Position numbers and translations under genes: made by a program
Notes under the pieces: model-generated
Seen by the model: only the letters and a program-made list of their open reading frames with translations
Database searches by the model: none
Told to the model about the DNA's origin: nothing
NCBI GenBank assembly: GCA_022775105.1
Contig: JALFIX010000141.1
Coordinates: forward strand, 7,614-71,613
Length of the DNA: 64,000 nt
Direction of reading: 5' to 3'
Origin: Prevotella sp.
GTDB lineage: Bacteria > Bacteroidota > Bacteroidia > Bacteroidales > Bacteroidaceae
In this document: positions 25,804 to 35,332 of the stretch, piece after piece
Numbering within the stretch: the stretch's first letter is position 1
How the letters are laid out: every line of letters begins with the position of its first letter

Positions 25804-28506
25804 ATGAAAAAACTGCTCTCTTTGCCCCCTAATCTTGTGGGCTCTTTTCATCAGATTACAGGATTAAGTCCTGATGAGTATTTCTGCACCAATGACCCAG
25901 TGGGTCATAAGCTTGGCAGCGGTGGCGGCACAACATATCTGCTCGAACAGTGCTATGCACATGAAATGGAAAAACAACTCCCGTGCCCGTCGCACCAGCA
26001 ACGGGTTCTCCCATCATTCTCCTCCTGGCTTGCCTCCGAGAAGCGCATCCTGCTACATGCCGGAGGCCAGAGCCGCCGATTGCCGTCGTATGCCCCGTCG
26101 GGAAAGATACTCACTCCCATTCCTGTATTCCGATGGGAGAGGGGACAACGCCTGTCGCAGTCGTTGCTCACGCTTCAGTTGCCATTATATGAGAGGTTGA
26201 TGTCCATTGCTCCTTCCAATGTTCATACAATGATAGTGAGTGGCGATGTGTATATACGTGCAGCAGAGCAGTTGCCGCCTGTGCCCGAGGCAGATGTGAT
26301 ATGTTATGGCTTGTGGCTTGATTCCTCGATAGCCAAGGACCATGGTGTTTTTGTTTCCGACCGCAGGACTCCATCTGTGCTCAAGCAGATGTTGCAGAAA
26401 CCGTCTGTGGAAAAACTTCAGGAATTACTTGGTTCACATTTTTATCTTACCGATATCGGAGTGTGGCTTTTGTCCGACAAGGCGGTTAAGGCATTGATAA
26501 GCCATTCCAAGAAGGATGGGGAAATCATTGAGTATGACCTTTATTCTGAGTTTGGATGTACCTTGGGTACTGACCCGATTATCGACGATCCGGAGTTGCG
26601 CGAACTCTCGGTCGCCATCCTGCCGTTGCCGGGAGGCGAGTTCTATCATTTCGGTACGAGCCGTGAGATGATTTCATCTACTGTCGCCATCCAGAACATC
26701 GTCAACGATCAGCGCGAGATTATGCACAACGGCAGAAAACCGCATCCGTCCATCTTTGTTCAAAATGCCATAACACGAATCCCGATCACTTCCGACAATA
26801 CAAATATCTGGATAGAAAACTCATACGTGGGTCCGTATTGGGAGATTACCCATGATAATATAATCACCGGAGTTCCTGAGAATGACTGGCACATTAAGCT
26901 TGCTCCGGGTGATTGTATAGATGTGGTTCCCATAGGGGATTCATCCTATGCCATCAGGCGATATAATATCGACGACCGCTTTGCGGGAGCTGCCCAGCAG
27001 GCTCCGGTTTTCCCGGTTTATCCATCATTGCCACCCGACGCTGACGCGCCGGACATGGAGGCTGAAAGGTGGATTTCTGCTGAGGGGATTTCCACGGAGG
27101 CTAACCTTGTCAGGCTTTTCGGGCAGCGTCGTTCTTTCCAGAAGGAGAACTGGGCGGCTCTTGCCGCCAACTGGCGTCATAGCGTTTTCTATCAGCTAGA
27201 CCTGGAGGATGCCGCCCGTCATTTCAATGAGATGGATATTCCCATGCCACCGTCTCTCCCTGATGATGCCCCGCTGCTCACCCGCATCAAGGACGCTATG
27301 TTCAGAGGCAATAGCGGCGACGCTTTCACACTATTACAAAAGGGACTTACCGACACTGTCCGCACGGAAAAGCAACACCCCCGGATGTCTGTCTATAGCG
27401 ACCAGATAGTCTGGGCGCGAAGTCCCGTGAGGATTGATATTGCAGGAGGATGGACAGACACACCGCCTTTCTGTCTGATGGAGGGAGGAAACGTCATTAA
27501 CCTTGCCATAGAACTCAACGGGCAACCTCCCCTGCAGGCATACGTGCGTCCTTGCCGTGAGAGACATATTGTATTGAGAAGTATCGACTTGGGCGCAGTT
27601 GAGATTGTTGAGACATTCGAACAGCTGGCATATTATAATAAGGTGGGAAGTCCGTTCTCCATTCCCAAGGCTGCCTTGGCACTTGCCGGATTCCTTCCTG
27701 ACTTTGCCGCCAATCCATATCCCACGCTTGAAGCCCAATTGGAAGACTTCGGTTGTGGAATCGAACTTAGTCTTCTGTCTGCCATTCCGGCGGGCAGCGG
27801 ATTGGGCACAAGCAGTATTCTCGCTGCCACCGTGCTTGGTGCCATCAGTGATTTCTGCTCATTGGCATGGGACAAGAACGAGATATGCAAGCGCACGCTC
27901 GTACTCGAACAGCTCCTTACAACAGGAGGAGGATGGCAAGACCAGTTTGGCGGAGTGCTTGGTGGCATAAAGCTTCTTCAGTCGCAGAAGGGATTCAACC
28001 AGCAGCCACTTGTAAGATGGATGCCCGATGACCTTTACACACAACCCGAATATGCATCATGCCACCTGTTGTACTACACAGGTATCACCCGCACCGCTAA
28101 GACCATCCTCGCTGAGATAGTGCGCCGCATGTTCCTCAACAGCAATGAGCAGTTGCGGCTCCTGCGCGAGATGAAGGCACATACGCTCGATATGTATGAC
28201 GCCATACAAAGGCAGGACTTCGTCAGGATGGGACAGCTCATTGGCACGACATGGCAACAAAACCAGATGCTGGATAGCGGAACCAATCCCGATGCCGTTC
28301 GCCATATCACGGATATGGTGGATGACCTGTGTCTTGGGTATAAACTGCCCGGAGCGGGAGGTGGCGGCTATCTGTATATGGTTGCGAAAGACCCGGAGGC
28401 TGCCGCACGCATCAAGCAGACAATATCAGCAAATGTAACAACTCCCAATGCCCGTTTTGTAGATATGACACTGAGTAAGAAAGGACTTCAAATCACCCGC
28501 AGCTAA
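25804..28506 (+). CDS. fkp: Bifunctional L-fucokinase / fucose-1-phosphate guanylyltransferase (Fkp)
   Basis: 900 aa. N-terminal GDP-fucose pyrophosphorylase part (..GSGGGTTYLLEQCY..). C-terminal GHMP kinase part with the PAGSGLGTSSILAATVLGAI ATP-binding motif. Confidence 0.88.
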   Translation: MKKLLSLPPNLVGSFHQITGLSPDEYFCTNDPVGHKLGSGGGTTYLLEQCYAHEMEKQLPCPSHQQRVLPSFSSWLASEKRILLHAGGQSRRLPSYAPSGKILTPIPVFRWERGQRLSQSLLTLQLPLYERLMSIAPSNVHTMIVSGDVYIRAAEQLPPVPEADVICYGLWLDSSIAKDHGVFVSDRRTPSVLKQMLQKPSVEKLQELLGSHFYLTDIGVWLLSDKAVKALISHSKKDGEIIEYDLYSEFGCTLGTDPIIDDPELRELSVAILPLPGGEFYHFGTSREMISSTVAIQNIVNDQREIMHNGRKPHPSIFVQNAITRIPITSDNTNIWIENSYVGPYWEITHDNIITGVPENDWHIKLAPGDCIDVVPIGDSSYAIRRYNIDDRFAGAAQQAPVFPVYPSLPPDADAPDMEAERWISAEGISTEANLVRLFGQRRSFQKENWAALAANWRHSVFYQLDLEDAARHFNEMDIPMPPSLPDDAPLLTRIKDAMFRGNSGDAFTLLQKGLTDTVRTEKQHPRMSVYSDQIVWARSPVRIDIAGGWTDTPPFCLMEGGNVINLAIELNGQPPLQAYVRPCRERHIVLRSIDLGAVEIVETFEQLAYYNKVGSPFSIPKAALALAGFLPDFAANPYPTLEAQLEDFGCGIELSLLSAIPAGSGLGTSSILAATVLGAISDFCSLAWDKNEICKRTLVLEQLLTTGGGWQDQFGGVLGGIKLLQSQKGFNQQPLVRWMPDDLYTQPEYASCHLLYYTGITRTAKTILAEIVRRMFLNSNEQLRLLREMKAHTLDMYDAIQRQDFVRMGQLIGTTWQQNQMLDSGTNPDAVRHITDMVDDLCLGYKLPGAGGGGYLYMVAKDPEAAARIKQTISANVTTPNARFVDMTLSKKGLQITRS

Positions 28507-29333
28507 TGGACTTCAGGACTATTGTGGATATTCCTTCTCCCGGTTTCCGTATAGAACCGGGAGACAGGATTCTTACCGTGGGTTCGTGCTTTGCCGACCA
28601 TCTCGGTAAGAAATTCCGCGACGAGGCATTTCCCGCGGATGTCAATCCTTACGGGGTGATGTATAATCCCGCAAGCATCCTCCATACCGTGGAGCGATAT
28701 GGCAAAGCCGTGGATGTGGCAATCTTCACGCTTGGCACTAATCACGTCTATCGGTTGAAGGAGACGGGTGAGATTGTTGACAACTGCCAGAAGCGTCCTC
28801 AGTCACTCTTTCATGAAGAGGAACTTTCGGTGGATGATTGTCGAGGGTATCTTGAAAAGGCTATAGGTGTCTTGCGACAGCTTAATCCTGATGTAAAGGT
28901 CTTCATAACTGTTTCGCCGATAAGATACGCCAAGTATGGTTATCATGGCAGTCAGTTGTCGAAGGCATCATTGCTCTTGGCGGTTGACAAGCTTTTGGGG
29001 AGTCAATCCATTGCAGCTGGTGAGACGCTGGCATATTTCCCTGCCTATGAGATAGTCAATGATGAGTTGCGCGATTATCGCTTCTATGCTCCCGATATGC
29101 TCCATCCGTCTCAGCAGGCGGTGGATTATATATGGGAGAGATTCGTGGAAACGGTGTTCAGCGATGCTGCCAAAAGCTATCTTCAAGAGTGGAAACCGAT
29201 AAAGGAGGCATTGGCGCATCGCCCGTTCAATCCAGACTCCGATGCCTACCGTTCGTTTCTTGCCCGCACTTTGGAGCAGAAAGGTAAACTTGCAAAGAAG
29301 TATCCATGGCTAAGCCCACAACAGAATCAATAA
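28506..29333 (+). CDS. GSCFA-domain protein (function unknown)
   Basis: 275 aa containing the eponymous motif ..RILTVGSCFADHLGKKF... Its ATG overlaps the fkp stop (TAATG at 28504-28508). Confidence 0.8.
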   Translation: MDFRTIVDIPSPGFRIEPGDRILTVGSCFADHLGKKFRDEAFPADVNPYGVMYNPASILHTVERYGKAVDVAIFTLGTNHVYRLKETGEIVDNCQKRPQSLFHEEELSVDDCRGYLEKAIGVLRQLNPDVKVFITVSPIRYAKYGYHGSQLSKASLLLAVDKLLGSQSIAAGETLAYFPAYEIVNDELRDYRFYAPDMLHPSQQAVDYIWERFVETVFSDAAKSYLQEWKPIKEALAHRPFNPDSDAYRSFLARTLEQKGKLAKKYPWLSPQQNQ

Positions 29334-29391
29334 AAGATATGTATATAGGGTTAAAAAACGCAAAATGAGTTGTAGGGTGAAAAAAATGTTG

Positions 29392-29399
29392 TATATTTG
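29392..29399 (+). promoter_or_regulatory. -7 box TAtaTTTG upstream of the beta-barrel OMP gene
   Basis: TAnnTTTGCA match 30 nt upstream of ATG 29429. Confidence 0.5.
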
Positions 29400-29428
29400 C
29401 AGCATTATTAATTAATAAATAATGAGAA

Positions 29429-30136
29429 ATGGTTAGAATAATAATTGAAAAATCATTGATTGCCATATTACTATTGTTTGTGGCAATGCCTATTGAGGCG
29501 CAGAATTATCATAGCGGACGTCCTGAAAGACCTGTATATAATGGCGGGTATGGGAAGAATACGTATGGTGGTAATGAGTTGTATTACGGTCTTCGACTGG
29601 GATTGGGTTTTGCCACGGTCAACAACTCGGAGATAGAAGACTACGATGCTCCCAGTTCGCGTACTGGACTTAACCTTGGTGCCGTTATAGGTTATCAGTT
29701 GTCGCCATCTGCTCCCGTATATCTTGAGTCGGGATTGTTTTATACAGAGAAGGGTGGACGCAACAACAATATTCCTTCTCAGAAGATTGACTACAACCTC
29801 AACTATCTTGAGTTGCCCATACTTGTGAAGTATTGTATTGACATAGATGGTGAGTTCTCCATCCAACCGTATGTCGGAGGCTATTTGGCTTGCGGTGTGG
29901 GAGGCAAGATAAAGCATCATAACAATAAGAACCTTGACGAGAGGTATTTAGAATCCGCTTTCTCTGACACGTATTTCAAGCGTTTCGATGGCGGTCTTCG
30001 CTTTGGATGTGGAGTGGAATACAATATGCTGTATGCAGAGATGTCCTACGAGTTCGGTCTTGCCAATATCAGCCATGATGATTTTGAGAAAACCCGTAAC
30101 TCCTGCTTCTACCTCAATATCGGAGTCAATTTCTAA
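29429..30136 (+). CDS. Small outer-membrane beta-barrel (porin-family) protein
   Basis: 235 aa. Signal peptide ..AMPIEAQ, alternating beta-strand pattern, LNYLELPILVKY motif, C-terminal aromatic ...YLNIGVNF. Confidence 0.75.
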   Translation: MVRIIIEKSLIAILLLFVAMPIEAQNYHSGRPERPVYNGGYGKNTYGGNELYYGLRLGLGFATVNNSEIEDYDAPSSRTGLNLGAVIGYQLSPSAPVYLESGLFYTEKGGRNNNIPSQKIDYNLNYLELPILVKYCIDIDGEFSIQPYVGGYLACGVGGKIKHHNNKNLDERYLESAFSDTYFKRFDGGLRFGCGVEYNMLYAEMSYEFGLANISHDDFEKTRNSCFYLNIGVNF

Positions 30137-30257
30137 ATATAATATAATAAGGTATAACGTGTGGGCGATAACGAACATTTTCAGTGACAAATCGAACAAA
30201 ATGAAAGTTTTTTTGAAAAAAGTTGGAAAAAAATTAGTTTAATTCAAAAATAATTGT

Positions 30258-30265
30258 TACCTTTG
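30258..30265 (+). promoter_or_regulatory. -7 box TAccTTTG upstream of the coiled-coil lipoprotein/OmpA operon
   Basis: TAnnTTTG match 94 nt upstream of ATG 30359 in an AT-rich spacer. Confidence 0.5.
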
Positions 30266-30358
30266 CCCCAAAATTCATTAATGATGGTGTTATATACGTA
30301 TAAAATTTAAGATAAAAACAATTTAATAATAATAAGTCTAATTTTAATTTTAAAAGAG

Positions 30359-32746
30359 ATGAAAAGAAAATTAACAAGTATTATGCTTATGTCCGCCCTT
30401 CTCGTGGGTGGCGCAAGCACATTCGTTTCTTGTAAAGACTATGATGGCGAGCAGGCTGCTGTGTCTAATGCTTCCATCAGAGGGCTTCAGGAGGAACTTC
30501 AGAAGCAGATTGCTGCTCTTGAGGCTCTTAAGAGTGAGATTGACTCAAAGCTTGCCGGCAAGGCTGACAAGACAGAGGTTGACCAGAAGATTGCTGAGCT
30601 TGACGCTAAGATTGACAGGGCTGTCAATGAACTTAAGACACTTATCGCCGGAGTCAGCGAGTGCAAGTGTGATCTCACAGAACTGCTCCAGACACAGGCT
30701 TGGATTTTGTCGGTTAAGAATGACCTCACCGCTTTGCTGCAGAAGAACCTCGTTACTGTTGACCAAATAAGCGATTTCCTGACTAAGGATGAATTGGCCA
30801 AGTTGGGTTATCTGACAGAAGAGGATATCAAGGGATTCCTGACCAAGGAGGACTTGGAAGGACTTCTTACTCCGGATGACTTGAAGGAGTTGAAGAAGAT
30901 GTTTGAGGATCTCCAGACACTTTTAGGTCCAAACCTTGAGAATGTAATTACTAAGGCAAATATTTACGACTATTGTAAGATTTACTTTGAGAGTGATGAG
31001 GCAAATGCCATCTTAACTAATCAGATCCTCAAGAACTTGAACGATTTGTTCGCTGCCACAGGTCTCACTCCTGAAAACATCGAGCAACTTAAGGATTTGC
31101 TTGAGCAGGTTGACCAGCTGGCTGCTATGAGTTCGAAGATTCAGGAACTCGAAAATAAGGCTAATTACTTGGATGGAAAATATGGACAGTTGAATTCATA
31201 TGTTCAGGAACAGATTCAGAAACTGTGGGAAAAGGTGAACAACGCAGGTGGCGGCGGTAGCACCGTTTACTCTCCTTCAATCAATCTGGATATGGTTTCT
31301 AATCATATCTATGGTACATTGAACTCACCGTTTGGTCTGAAGTCTTATGTGCTTGCCGGTTTTGTGGGAGATGCAATTTCTTACACAAAATTCCATGATG
31401 TGAAAATCGGTGGTAGCCAACCTCTTGCTTCCTCAAATGCAGGAAAGCTCTATCTCACTGTTAACCCAATTCAGGTAAATGCTTCTGGATATAACATCGG
31501 TTATTTGGTAGGTCGTGATGGCAATAAAGCTCCAGGATTTGATTCTTTTGTTCTTCAGGCAGATGATACTCCTGTTACTATGACAAGCACAAAGGCATCT
31601 AATGGCTTAGGTGGATATGTAGCAGAAGCCAAGCTTGTGGATCCTGCGGCAGCTAAGATAAATATCAATAAGGACGATTTGGCTGATGTAGCAAGAAACG
31701 TTCTTGGTAAGCTCCGTGGTGAGGAGGCTCTTGATATTACAGGCATTGCAAAGACTATTTATGGTACTGTAGCAAACTCTATCGACCAGCTTTATGGTTT
31801 GTACATACCAGCAGGTGAAGGACATCTCCCATCTGTATCTGAATACAATATCGCCGCAATGACAATTAAGCCTCTTAGCTATGCTACTTTGGAGGGTTCA
31901 AGTGTATCTTTGAAGACTATTCCTCAGCTCGAGGACTTCCTCGGTATTCATATCGATGACATTAAGAATGATTTCATCTGGAATCCTATTGATGTTGATA
32001 ATTCTATGGATGTTGAGATTACTATTGAGTTGCCAGATCCTGAATCATTCAGAATTAATGGTACAATACCTACTCCAAGTGCTGATGTTAGTACAGGCGT
32101 AGCCCATGTAGATGGGGAAGGTAATATTATTTGGGATTCAAAACCAACTGTAACAATTGGATCTATCGATATATCTTCTATAAAGGTTGAATATGATACA
32201 AAAGAAACGACATATAATGCAGTTGTTACCATAAGAGAACTGCAGAGAGTCGTTGACCAGATTAACGACCAGGTTGGCGGTATGATGGACAATGCCAACA
32301 ATCTCCTTGACAAGGTTCAGGGTGGTATCGATAAGGTTAACAAGGGTGTAGTTGCTCGTCTTAACAGTGTTATCGCAAAGACCAACAAGATTCTTGATAA
32401 CCCCAACACCGTTCTTCAGCCAGTGTTGTTGTATGCTGACGGTAATGGCGCAGGACGTATCAGCGAGTCTCCTATAGCTCCAACTCGTTTGAATCTCAAC
32501 GGCAAGTCTGAGGCTTCAATCCTGTTTGTTGCTACTTCATACAGTGCCGAGCTTCTCGCTCCAGCCTACAAGAAGTACATCAGCGTAGAGGGTCAGGGTG
32601 CTTCATTCGACCAGAGTGGTGTTATTGATGGTGCTACAAACATTATCAGATTTACAGCTAAGCCTGGTAAATATACCATCAAGTTTGATGCAGTTGACTA
32701 CTATGGCGAGCAGCGCGAGAAGACATACTATGTCGAGGTTAAATAA
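30359..32746 (+). CDS. 795-aa lipoprotein: long N-terminal coiled-coil region plus C-terminal beta-rich domains; family not recognised
   Basis: Lipobox GGASTFVSC followed by KDYDGEQ. Residues ~35-290 have heptad-like charged/Leu-rich sequence (LQEELQKQIAALEALKSEIDSKLAGKADKTEVDQKIAELDAKIDRAVNELKTLI...). A GGGGS linker follows, then Gly/Asn/Thr-rich beta-type sequence. Confidence 0.75.
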   Translation: MKRKLTSIMLMSALLVGGASTFVSCKDYDGEQAAVSNASIRGLQEELQKQIAALEALKSEIDSKLAGKADKTEVDQKIAELDAKIDRAVNELKTLIAGVSECKCDLTELLQTQAWILSVKNDLTALLQKNLVTVDQISDFLTKDELAKLGYLTEEDIKGFLTKEDLEGLLTPDDLKELKKMFEDLQTLLGPNLENVITKANIYDYCKIYFESDEANAILTNQILKNLNDLFAATGLTPENIEQLKDLLEQVDQLAAMSSKIQELENKANYLDGKYGQLNSYVQEQIQKLWEKVNNAGGGGSTVYSPSINLDMVSNHIYGTLNSPFGLKSYVLAGFVGDAISYTKFHDVKIGGSQPLASSNAGKLYLTVNPIQVNASGYNIGYLVGRDGNKAPGFDSFVLQADDTPVTMTSTKASNGLGGYVAEAKLVDPAAAKININKDDLADVARNVLGKLRGEEALDITGIAKTIYGTVANSIDQLYGLYIPAGEGHLPSVSEYNIAAMTIKPLSYATLEGSSVSLKTIPQLEDFLGIHIDDIKNDFIWNPIDVDNSMDVEITIELPDPESFRINGTIPTPSADVSTGVAHVDGEGNIIWDSKPTVTIGSIDISSIKVEYDTKETTYNAVVTIRELQRVVDQINDQVGGMMDNANNLLDKVQGGIDKVNKGVVARLNSVIAKTNKILDNPNTVLQPVLLYADGNGAGRISESPIAPTRLNLNGKSEASILFVATSYSAELLAPAYKKYISVEGQGASFDQSGVIDGATNIIRFTAKPGKYTIKFDAVDYYGEQREKTYYVEVK

Positions 32747-32776
32747 TTCATTTTGGAAATTTAAACAGAATAGATT

Positions 32777-33910
32777 ATGAAAATTAAGAATATTCTAATG
32801 TCCGGTGTAATGGCAATGAGTTGTCTTGTTGCCAGTGCACAGGACGCACCCAAGACCGAATACGTATTCAATCCCCATTGGTACGTTCAGGGTCAGGTTG
32901 GTGCTCAATATACCCTCGGCGAGGTGTGCTTCGGAGACCTGATTTCTCCGAATATCCAGCTCGGCGTAGGTCGCCAGTTCAGCTCTGTTTTTGGAGCGCG
33001 TTTCTCAGTAAACGCTTGGCAGAGCAAGGGTGGTATTAACGTTTATGGTTGGGAAACAGGCTATAAGATTGGTTCAGAGAACTATAGCTTTAAGTATTTC
33101 GCACCGATGCTTGACGGAACTATCAATCTGTCAAATGCCCTTTGCGGTTACAATCCCAAGCGTACCGTTAACGTTGGTATCCTTGCCGGTATTGGTGCAA
33201 ACATAGCATTCAGCAATGATGATGCTAACTCATTGGCTCCGAATATCAAGGAGCAGAACTTGGGCGCAGAGAATCTGCAATATCTTTGGGACGGAACAAA
33301 GGTTCGCTTTGTTGGTCGCGTAGGCGCTAACATCGATTTCCGTCTTAGCGATGCTCTTGCTCTCGGTATTGAGGCAAATGCCAATGTACTGAGTGACAAG
33401 TACAACTCAAAGAAGGCAGGCAACTGCGACTGGTATTTCAATGCCCTCGTAGGCCTTCGTTACAACTTTGGCAATACTTATACAACACGCACAATCACTC
33501 CTGCAGCTCCTGTAGAGAAGGTTGTTGAGCGCATTGTTGAGAAGATTGTCGAGGTTCCCGCAAAGGCTGAGGAGAAGGTTGAGCAGCCATATATCCGTCG
33601 TGAGATTTTCTTCACTATCTCTCAGAACAGAATCAACGAGGAAGGTTACACCAAGATTCAGGAAGTTGTTGACTTCATGAAGAAGTATCCTAAGTCAATC
33701 GTTAATGTAACTGGTTATGCTGACCGTGGTACAGGTTCTGCTAAGTTCAACGACCGCATTGCAGCACGTCGTGCCGATGTTGTTGAGAAGGAACTTATCA
33801 ACCGTGGTATTTCACGTGACCGCATCATCAAGTCTTCTAAGGGTTCACGTGTTCAGCCATTCGAAGAGAACGACAAGAACCGTGTGACTATTTGTGTTGC
33901 TTTTGATTAA
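32777..33910 (+). CDS. OmpA-family outer-membrane protein (N-terminal beta-barrel, C-terminal peptidoglycan-binding OmpA_C domain)
   Basis: 377 aa. Signal peptide ..LVASAQD, barrel region, linker PAAPVEKVVERIVEKIVEVPAKAEEKVEQP, then VTGYADRGTGSAKFNDRIAARRADVVEKELINRG. Confidence 0.9.
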   Translation: MKIKNILMSGVMAMSCLVASAQDAPKTEYVFNPHWYVQGQVGAQYTLGEVCFGDLISPNIQLGVGRQFSSVFGARFSVNAWQSKGGINVYGWETGYKIGSENYSFKYFAPMLDGTINLSNALCGYNPKRTVNVGILAGIGANIAFSNDDANSLAPNIKEQNLGAENLQYLWDGTKVRFVGRVGANIDFRLSDALALGIEANANVLSDKYNSKKAGNCDWYFNALVGLRYNFGNTYTTRTITPAAPVEKVVERIVEKIVEVPAKAEEKVEQPYIRREIFFTISQNRINEEGYTKIQEVVDFMKKYPKSIVNVTGYADRGTGSAKFNDRIAARRADVVEKELINRGISRDRIIKSSKGSRVQPFEENDKNRVTICVAFD

Positions 33911-33941
33911 TAGATTGTATAATAATTAATTGAAAAATATA

Positions 33942-33989
33942 AGTCGGTCTTATTTCTATGTCATAAACATAGTGTAAGACCGGCTTTTA
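33942..33989 (+). terminator. Terminator hairpin after the OmpA-family gene
   Basis: AGTCGGTCTTA...TAAGACCGGCT (11 bp, one G-T pair), with inner CTATG/CATAG pairing, then TTTT. Confidence 0.65.
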
Positions 33990-34002
33990 TGTAATAAATA
34001 GC

Positions 34003-35208
34003 ATGAAAAATATTTTAGCATCTTCCATTCTTTCTTTTTTGTCTTGTACTTTCGCTTACGGTCAACTTGGTGGTGACGGTTATTATAGAGCACGTAACCT
34101 ATACACTAATAACTATGTTAGTATCGTAGATAACTATGGCGAAATCAACATTGCAACGACAAAGGCAGATCTTGAGGCAATTAAATCATTTAGTTTTGAT
34201 ATCGTTTGCTCAGATCCTGGTTCAATAGTCTATGTTGAAAGAAAAGGTAGCATAACTTCTAATGGTAAAACCTGCGGTTCATATAATTTGAGTGGACAAG
34301 GTACAAGCACGTATTCCATTATTAAGTATTATCTTGGAATTATGCCTGTTGGAAATACATATCAGATTTTTGCCACGGCTAATGGTCAAACGGCCAAACT
34401 TGGAGATGACTTTGATAAAGATGAAGATTTACCTGTAGGTCAACCTACGAGTCAAGGCAAGGCGAGTAACTGGTCTTGGAACATTTATCCCGTAAATTCC
34501 GAAACTGATTGTTATTTTGGAGTAAAGCCCACTGTTAAGGCAAATGGGAATTATTATGCTACAATGTATGCAGATTTTGGTTTTACCCCTGCAGCATCTG
34601 CTAAGGGTATGAAGGTCTATTATGTAGATACTATATGGGAAGGAAAGGCAGTAATCAGAGAGATTAATGGTGAAGTACCTGCTAATACACCAGTTATCTT
34701 CCTATGTCCTTCTGAATCTCCTTCTGGAAATAGGCTTGATATTGCAAAGAATAACGCCAAGCTTGAAAGCTCCAACCAACTTTCAGGAGTTTACTTTCGT
34801 ATAGCTACCGGTGATCCAAATCATAAAAATTTTGTTGGATATGATCCGAATACTATGAGAATCTTAGGAGTTTGCAAAGATGGAACTCCTGGATTTGTTA
34901 AGATGGAAGCCGGTGTTTGGGAACCTGAGTATTGGTATCAAATAGCAATACCTGATTATAATGAAGGTAATCCATTGCCTGCCAATTCGGCTTATCTGAA
35001 GGTTCCCGCCGGTTCACCCGACGAACTTCCATTGTTGGATTATGCTGATTATCCATTGGCAGGAATCAGTGGTGTTGAGGCTGATTCCAATACTTCTTCA
35101 GATATTAGGACACTTAGTGGTATGACCGTACGCAAGAATGCGGCAACTACCGAAGGTCTTTCTTCAGGTATTTATATCTGGAACAATAAGAAGATTGTAG
35201 TTAAGTAA
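34003..35208 (+). CDS. Secreted protein of unknown function with T9SS C-terminal sorting domain
   Basis: 401 aa. Signal peptide ..CTFAYGQ. C-terminus DIRTLSGMTVRKNAATTEGLSSGIYIWNNKKIVVK. Spot counts give ~32-42% GC, clearly below neighbouring genes. Confidence 0.7.
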   Translation: MKNILASSILSFLSCTFAYGQLGGDGYYRARNLYTNNYVSIVDNYGEINIATTKADLEAIKSFSFDIVCSDPGSIVYVERKGSITSNGKTCGSYNLSGQGTSTYSIIKYYLGIMPVGNTYQIFATANGQTAKLGDDFDKDEDLPVGQPTSQGKASNWSWNIYPVNSETDCYFGVKPTVKANGNYYATMYADFGFTPAASAKGMKVYYVDTIWEGKAVIREINGEVPANTPVIFLCPSESPSGNRLDIAKNNAKLESSNQLSGVYFRIATGDPNHKNFVGYDPNTMRILGVCKDGTPGFVKMEAGVWEPEYWYQIAIPDYNEGNPLPANSAYLKVPAGSPDELPLLDYADYPLAGISGVEADSNTSSDIRTLSGMTVRKNAATTEGLSSGIYIWNNKKIVVK

Positions 35209-35288
35209 GCGAAAACTCCTTGGTTAGCTCTTAAAAAGTTCTTTTGTTAGCTACCAAAAGTTCTTTCATTAGCTATCAATATCATATA

Positions 35289-35325
35289 ACAAAGGCTATC
35301 TTCATACTGCGAAGATAGCCTTTGT
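35289..35325. terminator. Bidirectional terminator between convergent genes (34003-35208 and the CotH-like gene)
   Basis: Perfect 15-bp stem ACAAAGGCTATCTTC / GAAGATAGCCTTTGT with a 7-nt loop. Confidence 0.7.
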
Positions 35326-35332
35326 TGTATTC

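Noticed and set aside
29988-30242. 84-aa + strand ORF overlapping the 3' end of the beta-barrel OMP gene and the AT-rich spacer
   Set aside because: It overlaps a better-supported gene in another frame, continues into low-complexity A/T spacer, and has no promoter box or recognisable features.
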